This document shows, in pieces, positions 37,401 to 42,733 of a stretch of 48,785 bases of DNA (position 1 is its first letter; every line of letters begins with the position of its first letter). Source of the stretch: an uncultured Candidatus Saccharibacteria bacterium (GTDB lineage: Bacteria > Patescibacteriota > UBA1384 > XYA2-FULL-43-10 > 1-14-0-10-43-13); the NCBI GenBank assembly GCA_964406145.1, contig CAYOQP010000003.1, forward strand, positions 29,663 to 78,447. Direction: 5' to 3'. The position numbers and the translations under genes are program-made. The notes under the pieces were generated by a model that was given only the letters and a program-made list of their open reading frames with translations, ran no database searches and was not told the origin of the DNA.

Positions 37401-37424
37401 GCTTGGACACATATTGGCTTCTAA
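28428..37424 (+). CDS. Giant (2998 aa) surface protein: N-terminal signal/anchor, ~2700-aa mostly helical ectodomain, three C-terminal TM helices and a Cys-containing tail
   Basis: An uninterrupted 8997-nt ORF. Its GTG start overlaps the upstream TGA (GTGA at 28428..28431). The N-terminus is FIIYLVGISLSLNPLVVLVPEKVSAATT. The C-terminal helices are AAVGAVIQFAIGLLV, LAPVISAGIYTLALPAMNAAIYAAAP and WGWAAIIGIFIIMNLFGVY (nt ~36696..36985). No family is recognisable by eye apart from a short LAS-peptidase-like motif. Confidence 0.8.
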   Translation: MIQICKNFIIYLVGISLSLNPLVVLVPEKVSAATTTPAANVATPLIGIRDQESFGYAPKAAGAQCDAIRKTRPEAYNSLVSMLQNFSGVGSSALAFNDILTAPGEARILLPLKDRKAVKSLLCLSQVIPNYAEDTKALYDALPASEKSNIDGAVSLEANNPFPIYRTRDEYFLFLRYGYEGQDPNEKLANFDYVTGLVKTAEKNFSEKELKRIWSEQADRIAKGLDTTIEANTLSCVTGLDRNELRARIGTTTGGQYIAERINDAVNSLIIDIRVVNTLIYLVTPKDKGGAGHWRVSVARILQGSEKSRESDAAIEENARMETPTLRSASEGSATQIECDENMTAAECGAQQNQGQAVVEDKDGTQYEAFFENMDNELDDERNVSAHFTGQAVDIKQIDDIRCTLVKKRRIGGSSKQKQPIRPIKLVWQTTDGWSQARGENDFDTMSMMRDLAKQSIIDLLSSMNEDITDYDGDLSRASFDDLIGILGQSLLAQIVDSPSHNLKGYSVTNTIEQLGAMYFADYLELPREIFKNEDLKDLEKIKYIIGRAAIEKRLGLPFGSLDSLNLIETTRNGLEKPIYNLEGLVLNIGQRKIEYEMGFEAHDLDPYFKINTVQGEYLLDYKSIGRIVIENELNLPKGSWPKTAISFATLKDYISEVRANVLKVDPGYIDSILHIDPGTTQSFILGRITSEQLAEKVGTVRYNNTTAGLKYFAMNNVAYQLPGPTVEDPDVPDTWKEALKGNPEYIKVIGIYTLARLLGENSLDIDLSYVDGGTLKKYVPDDATLGKVVVSTKFNEEKEIVYDRKEYGFFVFREWIRRNLDERLKAADGCSEGRTTGGINVSATYQGQTVYNGPVDLNNPTREDIQNTIDSVCKLKQTIIVNEINYTDKDGNDHQIKNVVADAYISDAKAIEIGLEKMDLYSIMGFREADARPVFKRIGAKLLYYGIANKVLNEEERLKINLMDVNPTINVDENSNDVTAFYIPRILKVQELTRKLKTDWEAVRTNDAETQDITDRISKIFARLESIYSESDVNLLKIQRVAQAIKEIMVDINAIKEELEILRERYNTRTGTEVVNKIAQINALIYNTNELIRIVAEIFSGKQINSSDLLNIKQISLGADSSGVSDADGRRTRSGLSRWEMIILLFSFLSGEISVQEFIIRLGANTAEAKLGLPANSLIYLVQNFDKMGIHGVDAFYQAIGQARIEEEFAMPMYYFQGYDYNKKLPKFDKLNDKDEFADLIQWAVNEKGESVIKPEYDLHVAELREAWITDEVTMTKFIFGQKWVNWEKFDSWVELAKTRWLEKNKVKARDMAVFEKTIDDVVTNIGNKGYGDGFRSPEDDLLFRMGLPTGKYSALKDASPLAWQVANSRSQTIDAAFDVPVNSTKMLFTGSEEITSKSLSNKEKNLLEASDLKISKNEIEKYIQMLNGDLLPGENNEYNNGLDPDYVSNNPYADPAITGPICPIDFTSEDGFMVNNTTLPANSFCYYDKTGRHCFQSWEEAQLYANEHPDAKITDILEDLAVKITTAYNQSLIAADGSSTGTRISYIDVFSGLTDFVNDKKKVSAFNDTALNTIARNDGGEVSGQNNASRLELSKIAFENISKNSTVPVDIFMNIFTRESIEAPLSAYKTKVGTTEAQKILTTKIFDSLNLEIDPEMFDGSDLYDILTGDYSSLYRLGTSYMDRALDLKQGTINLIWTARTPEARKCALDKAGGVLLGEVFGLDYLPLDRLTTDMGDFMTSLGQEKIEEALSLPRGTFRVDDQTTKNNLDNLIKNVGIINFVSVFKLPINLIDEGDRATFEDSVYNILGQDGFNRVSNTSPQYQLQKVKEFLSSTLVLTNNANVGRRSLEALLAELMQGPGGILALIASTDPAASLIKTKPENINSETSLAYSLYNLQVQNFYAQLNYIDGLLGLSHYSTYLMLGGKTAPVAYINKVGDSLGIKIAGLKLAEMLGLDAMESEAALAIATNIRQIFVCEGNGRRLVNINGRQVCLTGTGMSPESDGWYHNWGLIYDNLDKIFHFKLDEKAGLPIGTIQKLIDDPKATFPVLLEIGAQKLDAKMFPDDPERSSKTASFSGLYRALFPETLAPIQAECHAEAFPGGVDMELDNKMALANEQLKTIEREYETLGLPAGDNNSTDWLNSLSATDRAKYDAWKARKDAKLAEIRTIQNEYNTRAKAEQDCLRTRQETSAALGSLGEVPRDQWDVYGARAWEWAQAAIAEIIHDKLLNIYVSLPGCDSTVHSPMGDYQNPEACKVNVGIDMPTSDIRKMMGGDLRYLMAVTLAMGANLAYILIDNISSTNCNPDERDSEGCRAPVPAEMRISYADIMLALFGLPQNELNALAAWREVTNQSGNVYEEDPDNHSWNGESCQPGEVFDGIMCVASAGTNTDSAGGVRQETANNYGYSPENVEAEKARIEASIAENHQAAIDACNELGYEDPEAYDNCVNNIDGYLNESNLQNLDMLNHPEKYNFDPNNNAAAKEINDSAKEIARTRLQYKLMDTALWKLDENIFPGFSRAIMKGNTGEKWAALARYVKNGLINGHLFGIRFDSIDPEIIDAGLAVAAYLTARTQEQRDIAIENFTNQKFNTLVQFISNNSEKWLGIRLDLDITEGLLTSIFTGNWGANSFSLDGIMGDTGARETFAGQERWTLGGAVVNWGLGRIFSWADKALGLEAGQSLQIFNLAKNAYKAYKAYQAASATLEAANKLAAATKQLVELTKGTIFEGTAIALNDTAQAAQKAAEAQKAAKLAGYGAAVGAVIQFAIGLLVDKLLGKQIGQWEEALGLVPGTLAPVISAGIYTLALPAMNAAIYAAAPSLGSSFLPALGPWGWAAIIGIFIIMNLFGVYRVEYWCTADGYFPKLGQPNYLENDISPYGVWGGRVNGSLNDIIKNMSIKVAQYKAQRLIGDMLEMQYNSDFNDYNGMPTVPTQIMTGREEDVEYWKNVVETNVCQQRLGDRAHLIFDGKNAVCDAGMRRMGLWFNPQTTAWTHIGF

Positions 37425-37454
37425 CTTTTTTGCCTAGCAAAATTATTAATAGCG

Positions 37455-37727
37455 CTACCACTTAATAGAGATCTTAACGAGACGAACCGAATTGCGGCCT
37501 AGTTTTTCGTTGATAAAAGAAATTAAATCCTCCTTTTGTATTTCAAGTTCCGAGGCCGCAGGAGAAGAATCGACAGAAACCCGCAGAATGCCCTTTGTGA
37601 AAGAAATGGCTTGACATGGGGTCTTTCCCCATTGGGAAACATAAAAACAAATCTGGGCGGCCTGGAGGGTCCCAGAGAGCTTCTTTTTTGTTAAACGCGA
37701 ATGTAATATTTGATCAATTTTTTCCAT
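37455..37727 (-). CDS. DUF721-family protein (DciA-like putative helicase-loading factor)
   Basis: A 90-aa protein directly after recF with a 14-nt overlap. GILRVSVDSSPAASELEIQKEDLISFINEKLG fits the DUF721 pattern (a strand followed by AxEL and a helix). Confidence 0.55.
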   Translation of the reverse strand: MEKIDQILHSRLTKKKLSGTLQAAQICFYVSQWGKTPCQAISFTKGILRVSVDSSPAASELEIQKEDLISFINEKLGRNSVRLVKISIKW

Positions 37728-38763
37728 TTATTTTTTCTAATTCTATAATAAAGGCGCTGTTTAAAAGTTCACTCGCAAAATGTTCTTTGTCCGTCGTTGT
37801 AATAACAGATTGGTATTCAGCAATTAATTCACAAAGATGCTCTCTTCTTTTTTGGTCAAACTCCGAAAAAACGTCATCAAGAAGTAAGATCGGCTCCATC
37901 TCGGAGTCAATCGAGAGATATCTAAGCTCACAAATCTTCAAAGCCAGAATTGCGCTTCTTATTTCTCCCCTCGAGGCGAAGTTTGCCATATTAATAAAGT
38001 TCAAATTAAAAATAAGGTCATCTCTGTGTGGACCAATTAATGTCCGACCTGCTGCAATTTCACGGCGATGGTTCGCCTTTAGAGCATCCTTAAAAGAGTC
38101 GCCCGCATTGTTAATATAAACAACAGAAAGCTGATCCCCTCTCCCGGATATTTGACCATATATCTTTGAAATTTCCCTATTTATATAATCCAGTGTTTCT
38201 TTTCTTTTTTTGATTATAGATTCGCCATGTGCGATTAATTCGCTATTCCAAAAATCTAATTCCCCTTCTTTGGCGACATTTTGAGATATTCTTGTGAGTA
38301 AAGAATTTCTCTCTTTGCGAACTTTTTCATAATCAATAAGAGATTGAAGATATACTCTGTCCTTCTGACTAATCATAATATCTAAAAATTTTCGACGAGA
38401 AGAGGGAGATCCAGTTATAATCGATATTGTCTCTGGGGAGAAAACAACGCTTCTTAGGCGCCCAATGAATTCGGCTTGTTTTTTCAACACTCCCCTGTCT
38501 TTGGCTCTAAAAATGAAGTTGGGATTTTTCTGTATAAAGACTTCGAGGTCATCTCCCGTAATTTTGGTGTAGTCACATTCGAAATGAACAAGATTCTTTT
38601 TGTCGTCGTTTCGGAAAGAACGACAAAAAGACAGGAGTGAAATAGCTTCTAAAATATTGCTCTTACCTATGCCATTGGCACCAATGAGAATAGTGGTTCT
38701 TTTGAGGTCTATCTCTAAGCTCTTGTGGTTGCGAAAATTCTGTAATTTTATTTTCTTAAGCAT
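37714..38763 (-). CDS. recF: DNA replication and repair protein RecF
   Basis: LQNFRNHKSLEIDL, Walker A GANGIGKSNILEAI, the signature SRGE and Walker B LLLDDVFSEFD. Its position after dnaN also fits. Confidence 0.9.
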   Translation of the reverse strand: MLKKIKLQNFRNHKSLEIDLKRTTILIGANGIGKSNILEAISLLSFCRSFRNDDKKNLVHFECDYTKITGDDLEVFIQKNPNFIFRAKDRGVLKKQAEFIGRLRSVVFSPETISIITGSPSSRRKFLDIMISQKDRVYLQSLIDYEKVRKERNSLLTRISQNVAKEGELDFWNSELIAHGESIIKKRKETLDYINREISKIYGQISGRGDQLSVVYINNAGDSFKDALKANHRREIAAGRTLIGPHRDDLIFNLNFINMANFASRGEIRSAILALKICELRYLSIDSEMEPILLLDDVFSEFDQKRREHLCELIAEYQSVITTTDKEHFASELLNSAFIIELEKINGKN

Positions 38764-38785
38764 TAGAGATTAAAATTTATTTAAT

Positions 38786-39892
38786 TCAACTTTCCAATTT
38801 CAACGGCATAATAATATAAACATAGTTCTCGTCTTTCTCTGATTTGATAGTGCCAGCAGAAGAGCTGTCGTTAAAACCAATAGTGATATCGTCGTCAGAC
38901 ATAACATTCAAAACATCTAACAGATATCTGGCATTAAAAGCAACCTCTAGGGCCTCCCCGGTGGTTTTGGCCTCAACCTCAGATTTAGAACTGCCGGACT
39001 CTGAAGCAATTGAGGAAACAGTCGCCATATTCTTGCCAATTGAAATTTTAATATTGTTATTAGCAGAATCTTTAGCAAACAAAGAAGACATTTTAACAGC
39101 AGACAGAAGCTCTGGTAGTTTTACTTTGGCAGTTGTTTTGGTTGAGGACGGAATAATCTGAGCATAATTAGGATATGAGCCCTCAATTAATCTGGAAACA
39201 ATATATGTTGTGCCAGACTGAAAAGAAATTTGATTTTCTTTTGCTGATATTGATATATCTTCGCTATTATCGGCAGAAATTACTCTCAAAACTTCTGCCA
39301 TGGTTCTAATCGGCACGATTAATTTCTGATCAGTTGCCGCAGAATCTAATTCGACCTTTTTCTCAGCCAGACGATAAGAATCAGTTGCCGCCAAAACTAG
39401 TTCTTTACCATTAAATTGTAAGTAAATACCGGCAAGAACAGGCCTTGTCTCATCTGTAGCAGGAGCGATATTAACTTTCTTCAAAGCATCAATCATTTTA
39501 GTCCTGGAGATTGTAGCAATAGCGTCAGCTGGCGGCTCAGGAACTGTTGGGAATTCTTCGGCCGAGATACCCTGAATTTGGGCTTCGAATCTAGTTGATT
39601 TTAAAACTGCTAATGAATTTTTAGTGGATAATTCAATAGATTCATCTCTGTTATTCAAAACAAAATCGGAAAGAAGTCTGGAGGGGATGGTTATTTCTCC
39701 CTCTTCTTCGATCTTGCCTATGCTCTGTGACGTAATTCCCACCTCAAGATCGGTAGCGGAAAATTTGATTTTGCCTTTGCTGGCAGAAATCAAAACATTA
39801 CTAAGGACCGGGAGCGTTGTTCTTGACCCGACAATGCGCGATATCTGGCCCAAAGCTTTAGCAAAGTTTGATTGCAACAATACGATTTTCAT
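38786..39892 (-). CDS. dnaN: DNA polymerase III beta sliding clamp DnaN
   Basis: Three-domain clamp pattern (LPVLSNVLI, NARYLLDVL, IIMPLKL). The start is taken at MKIVLLQSNF (39892), preceded by GAAAGGAAACA. The track ORF extends to 39925, over a DnaA box. Confidence 0.9.
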   Translation of the reverse strand: MKIVLLQSNFAKALGQISRIVGSRTTLPVLSNVLISASKGKIKFSATDLEVGITSQSIGKIEEEGEITIPSRLLSDFVLNNRDESIELSTKNSLAVLKSTRFEAQIQGISAEEFPTVPEPPADAIATISRTKMIDALKKVNIAPATDETRPVLAGIYLQFNGKELVLAATDSYRLAEKKVELDSAATDQKLIVPIRTMAEVLRVISADNSEDISISAKENQISFQSGTTYIVSRLIEGSYPNYAQIIPSSTKTTAKVKLPELLSAVKMSSLFAKDSANNNIKISIGKNMATVSSIASESGSSKSEVEAKTTGEALEVAFNARYLLDVLNVMSDDDITIGFNDSSSAGTIKSEKDENYVYIIMPLKLES

Positions 39893-40262
39893 TGTTTCCT
39901 TTCTCTTATTACTACTTTTTTCCACAATATTTTTTAGTCATGTGTATAATTTTTATTTATTTATAATCTTTTATAAAGTCCTGGACGCACTTTTTGTTTA
40001 AGACTATTTTATCTGTGGATAAGGCGTTGGTAGATGATGATTGTTTGCGGATAATGTGTGTCTTGTCCCCTTATTTGTCTTTTCAGGGATTGGTTAGTTT
40101 AGTTATAAACCGTCTATTCACCTACTATTAACAGTTTTTTCCACAATATTTTTTGGAGTTTTATTTACTGTCAGACTGCCTATTTTTATCTTAAACACAG
40201 TTTCCACAACCCTTATTACTACTACTGTTCTAAAAAGCTATTTAAATATATCCCGCCCTGGC
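39893..40262. other. dnaA-dnaN intergenic region: oriC-type DnaA-box cluster with an AT-rich stretch
   Basis: One perfect box, TGTGGATAA, lies at 40014..40022. One-mismatch boxes are TTTTCCACA at 39918..39926 and 40137..40145, and TGCGGATAA at 40046..40054. A weaker GTTTCCACA lies at 40200..40208. The AT-rich tract is at ~39936..39980. Confidence 0.65.
39916..39935. repeat. 20-nt perfect direct repeat TTTTTTCCACAATATTTTTT (copy 1; copy 2 at 40135..40154), each containing a DnaA-box-like core
   Basis: The two identical 20-mers were read directly at 39916..39935 and 40135..40154. Confidence 0.85.
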
Positions 40263-41651
40263 TCAATTGAAAGTGGAAAATATTCTATCTTTTAAAACAG
40301 TAAGATCTTCCTTAACTTTGACATCCTTAGAGACATTAGACTCTATCTTCTCGCAACCATGCATTATAGTCGAGTGGTCTTTGCCTCCCATCTTCCTACC
40401 GATTTCAGGGAACGAGAGATTACATTCGTGTCTCAACAAATACATGGTTATCTGTCTGGGTAAAACAAGCTCTTTAGTTCTTTTCGGCCCAAGAAGGTCT
40501 TCGATCTGGATATGGTAATACTTGTGCACTTCGCGTATGACTAAATCTGCCGTTAAGGTTTGCTGTTTTTCCTCTATAATATTGGATAATACTTCGGCTG
40601 CTTTCTCTTTGCTTGGGGTGACATTTGTTAGCTCGCAAATAGCTATTACTTTATTCAGGGCGCCTTCCAATTCTCTTATGGACGACTTAACATTGCTAGC
40701 TATAAATGTGATGACCTCATTGTCTATCACCTTTTTGAGTCTCAGCGCCTTATATCTAAGTATCGCTTCTCTTGTTTCCAAGTCTGGTTGGCCGATATCG
40801 CAAACCATCCCACCTTCGAATCTTGTTTTTAATCTTAGTTCCAGTCCTTTTATGTCCTTCGGGGATCTGTCTGAGGTTAATATGACTTGCTTCTTATTCT
40901 GATGCAAATGGTTGAAGGTGTGGAAAAATTCGTCTTGGGTCTGCTCTTTTGTTGAGAGAAACTGGATGTCATCGATTAAAAGAAGATCGACATTGCGATA
41001 TCTGTTTTTGAAATCTTTGGCCTTGCCGAAACCAGACCCGACGGCCTGGATAAAATCATTAATAAATGTTTCAGTCGAAACATAAAGAACTTTTTTGTCA
41101 GGATTATTTTTGAGAAGCTCGTGCCCAACTGCTTGCATGAGGTGCGTTTTGCCTAGCCCAGACTCTCCATAAATAAAGAGAGGATTATATTGAGTGCCGA
41201 GATTACCAACAACGGCCTGTGCTGCGGCAAAGGCTAATTGGTTAGATGGCCCGACAACGAAGTTTGGGAAAGTGTAGTTGTCGTTCAATGTTGTATTTTG
41301 TGGCAGTTGTCGGACTACTTCCTCCTTCTTAATCTCTGCTGGTTTATCCACAGCCTTGTGTATAAGTCTGTCCTTTTCGAAAGAAATAACCTGCTCTGGT
41401 TTCGGCGCAGCGATTTTGAATTTTATAACAGTACCATTTTCTTTGGTTTGATTTTGAAGTGCTTTTTGGATGTCTTTCAGATACTTTTTTTTGAGCCAAT
41501 CCTCAACGAAAAAAGTCGGCACTCCGATCGTAAAAACACCTTTTTTGTACTCAAAAATAAAAGTGTTTTTAAACCATGTTTCAAAGTTGGCCTTTGACAA
41601 TGTAATTTGAAGTTCGCCTAGAATGTTGCGCCACAATTCATTCAGATCCAT
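40263..41651 (-). CDS. dnaA: Chromosomal replication initiator DnaA
   Basis: AAA+ Walker A GESGLGKTHL and Walker B LLLIDDIQF. The domain IV DNA-binding helix is LPRQITMYLLRHECNLSFPEIGRKMGGKDHSTIMHG. Confidence 0.95.
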   Translation of the reverse strand: MDLNELWRNILGELQITLSKANFETWFKNTFIFEYKKGVFTIGVPTFFVEDWLKKKYLKDIQKALQNQTKENGTVIKFKIAAPKPEQVISFEKDRLIHKAVDKPAEIKKEEVVRQLPQNTTLNDNYTFPNFVVGPSNQLAFAAAQAVVGNLGTQYNPLFIYGESGLGKTHLMQAVGHELLKNNPDKKVLYVSTETFINDFIQAVGSGFGKAKDFKNRYRNVDLLLIDDIQFLSTKEQTQDEFFHTFNHLHQNKKQVILTSDRSPKDIKGLELRLKTRFEGGMVCDIGQPDLETREAILRYKALRLKKVIDNEVITFIASNVKSSIRELEGALNKVIAICELTNVTPSKEKAAEVLSNIIEEKQQTLTADLVIREVHKYYHIQIEDLLGPKRTKELVLPRQITMYLLRHECNLSFPEIGRKMGGKDHSTIMHGCEKIESNVSKDVKVKEDLTVLKDRIFSTFN

Positions 41652-41881
41652 GAGATAGCCTTTGGATTAAATTTGTCTAATCGAAAATATAACAAGTTAT
41701 CCACAAACGATGCAATACAGCGTAATTCGAAGCATTGTTTAGCCAAAACGGAAGCGATTAATTATTATTAATAAAATATATTTATTTTTTGTCTTTTTTA
41801 AAATTAAAACAGGTTCCGGCAAAAATAGTCACTCCGTAAGGAGTTGATTTATTCGCAAAATCGTGTTAAAGTCCTTATGTT
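41652..41881. other. rpmH-dnaA divergent intergenic region with a perfect DnaA box and a strongly AT-rich tract (second oriC/DUE candidate)
   Basis: TTATCCACA lies at 41697..41705. The AT-rich run is at ~41758..41810 (ATTAATTATTATTAATAAAATATATTTATTTTTTGTCTTTTTTAAAATTAAAAC). Confidence 0.55.
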
Positions 41882-42016
41882 ATGAAACCTACCTACAATC
41901 CAAACAAAAGAAGAAGACAGCGAGTCCACGGTTTTTTAAAGAGAATGGCGACCTTAAATGGACGTCTTGTTTTGAAAAGACGTAGAACAAAAAAAAGAAA
42001 AATTCTCGCAGTATAA
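41882..42016 (+). CDS. rpmH: 50S ribosomal protein L34 (below ORF-track cutoff)
   Basis: Translation: [44 protein letters not shown]. This is the canonical L34 sequence pattern, and the gene sits in the canonical position before rnpA. Confidence 0.9.
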   Translation: MKPTYNPNKRRRQRVHGFLKRMATLNGRLVLKRRRTKKRKILAV

Positions 42017-42029
42017 GCAAAAAACAATT

Positions 42030-42054
42030 AAAATGAGCGCGAGCTCATTTTTTG
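42030..42054 (+). terminator. Rho-independent terminator-like hairpin after rpmH
   Basis: AAATGAGC (42031..42038) pairs with GCTCATTT (43-50 of the same line, i.e. 42043..42050). The loop is 4 nt and a T-tract follows. Confidence 0.55.
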
Positions 42055-42097
42055 GATTCTGCTTGGTTTTGACTATTAATCATGATAATCTAAATTC

Positions 42098-42496
42098 ATG
42101 CTTAGCAAAATAAATAGAATCAGGAAAGATAGTGATTTCAGAAAAGTCTTCAAACTGAGCAGGCCAGTTTATGGCGAAAAAATCATGGTCAGAATTGTGC
42201 CCTCTAAAGACAGGGGCGAGACCAGATTCGGCTTTGTTCTGAGTAATAAAATTGAAAAACGTGCCACAAGAAGAAACTCGCTAAAAAGAAGGCTCAGAGC
42301 AATTGTGCGCAATCAAATGATGTTCATCTCTCCTTCTATTGATGTGATTATAACCGTGAAGCAAAATTTTAATTATCCTTACAGAACAAAAGATATAGAA
42401 AATGAACTGATTTCTGTTCTGAAAAAGGCAAACATATATAATGAAAAAAATTATCAAGACAATCATAAGGCTATATCAAAAAACCCTGTCTCCTGA
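42098..42496 (+). CDS. rnpA: Ribonuclease P protein component
   Basis: A basic 132-aa protein. INRIRKDSDFRKVFK and the RNR-like motif KRATRRNSLKRRLR are present. Its position between rpmH and yidD also fits. Confidence 0.85.
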   Translation: MLSKINRIRKDSDFRKVFKLSRPVYGEKIMVRIVPSKDRGETRFGFVLSNKIEKRATRRNSLKRRLRAIVRNQMMFISPSIDVIITVKQNFNYPYRTKDIENELISVLKKANIYNEKNYQDNHKAISKNPVS

Positions 42497-42674
42497 TTAT
42501 GGTTGGTTCAAGCATCTTTATCCGACTGGCTATTGCAAATTTCATCCAACTTGTTCAGAATATTGTCTCCAAGCTGTAGAGAAGTACGGCCCAATAAAAG
42601 GACTTATTCTTGGAGCTTATAGAGTGTTGCGCTGTAATCCTTGGAGTAAAGGTGGTCCTGACCCAGTTAAGTAA
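42441..42674 (+). CDS. yidD: Membrane protein insertion efficiency factor YidD
   Basis: IRLYQKTLSP..CKFHPTCSEYCLQAVEKYGPIKGLILGAYRVLRCNPWSKGGPDPV is the YidD signature. Confidence 0.9.
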   Translation: MKKIIKTIIRLYQKTLSPDYGWFKHLYPTGYCKFHPTCSEYCLQAVEKYGPIKGLILGAYRVLRCNPWSKGGPDPVK

Positions 42675-42733
42675 TTGGTTTTTAGCTGCTCTAGCTAGGG
42701 CGGCTGAAATAACATTTATTAAAATGGACCAAA

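Noticed and set aside
37426-37442. Palindrome TTTTGC-CTA-GCAAAA between the convergent giant gene and the DUF721 gene as a terminator
   Set aside because: The stem is only 6 bp and mostly A-T, with a 3-nt loop. That is too weak to call, although it is the only structure in the 30-nt gap.
37616-38119. 167-aa plus-strand ORF overlapping recF and DUF721
   Set aside because: It is antisense to recF, which has clear Walker A/B and signature motifs.
41836-41849. Strong TAAGGAG followed by TTG upstream of rpmH as a hidden small ORF
   Set aside because: The spacing to the TTG is 1 nt and the frame stops after 13 codons (TGA overlapping the rpmH ATG). It is more likely part of the rpmH promoter region (TTGATT-17-TAAAGT at 41844..41872), which I also rate too uncertain to list.
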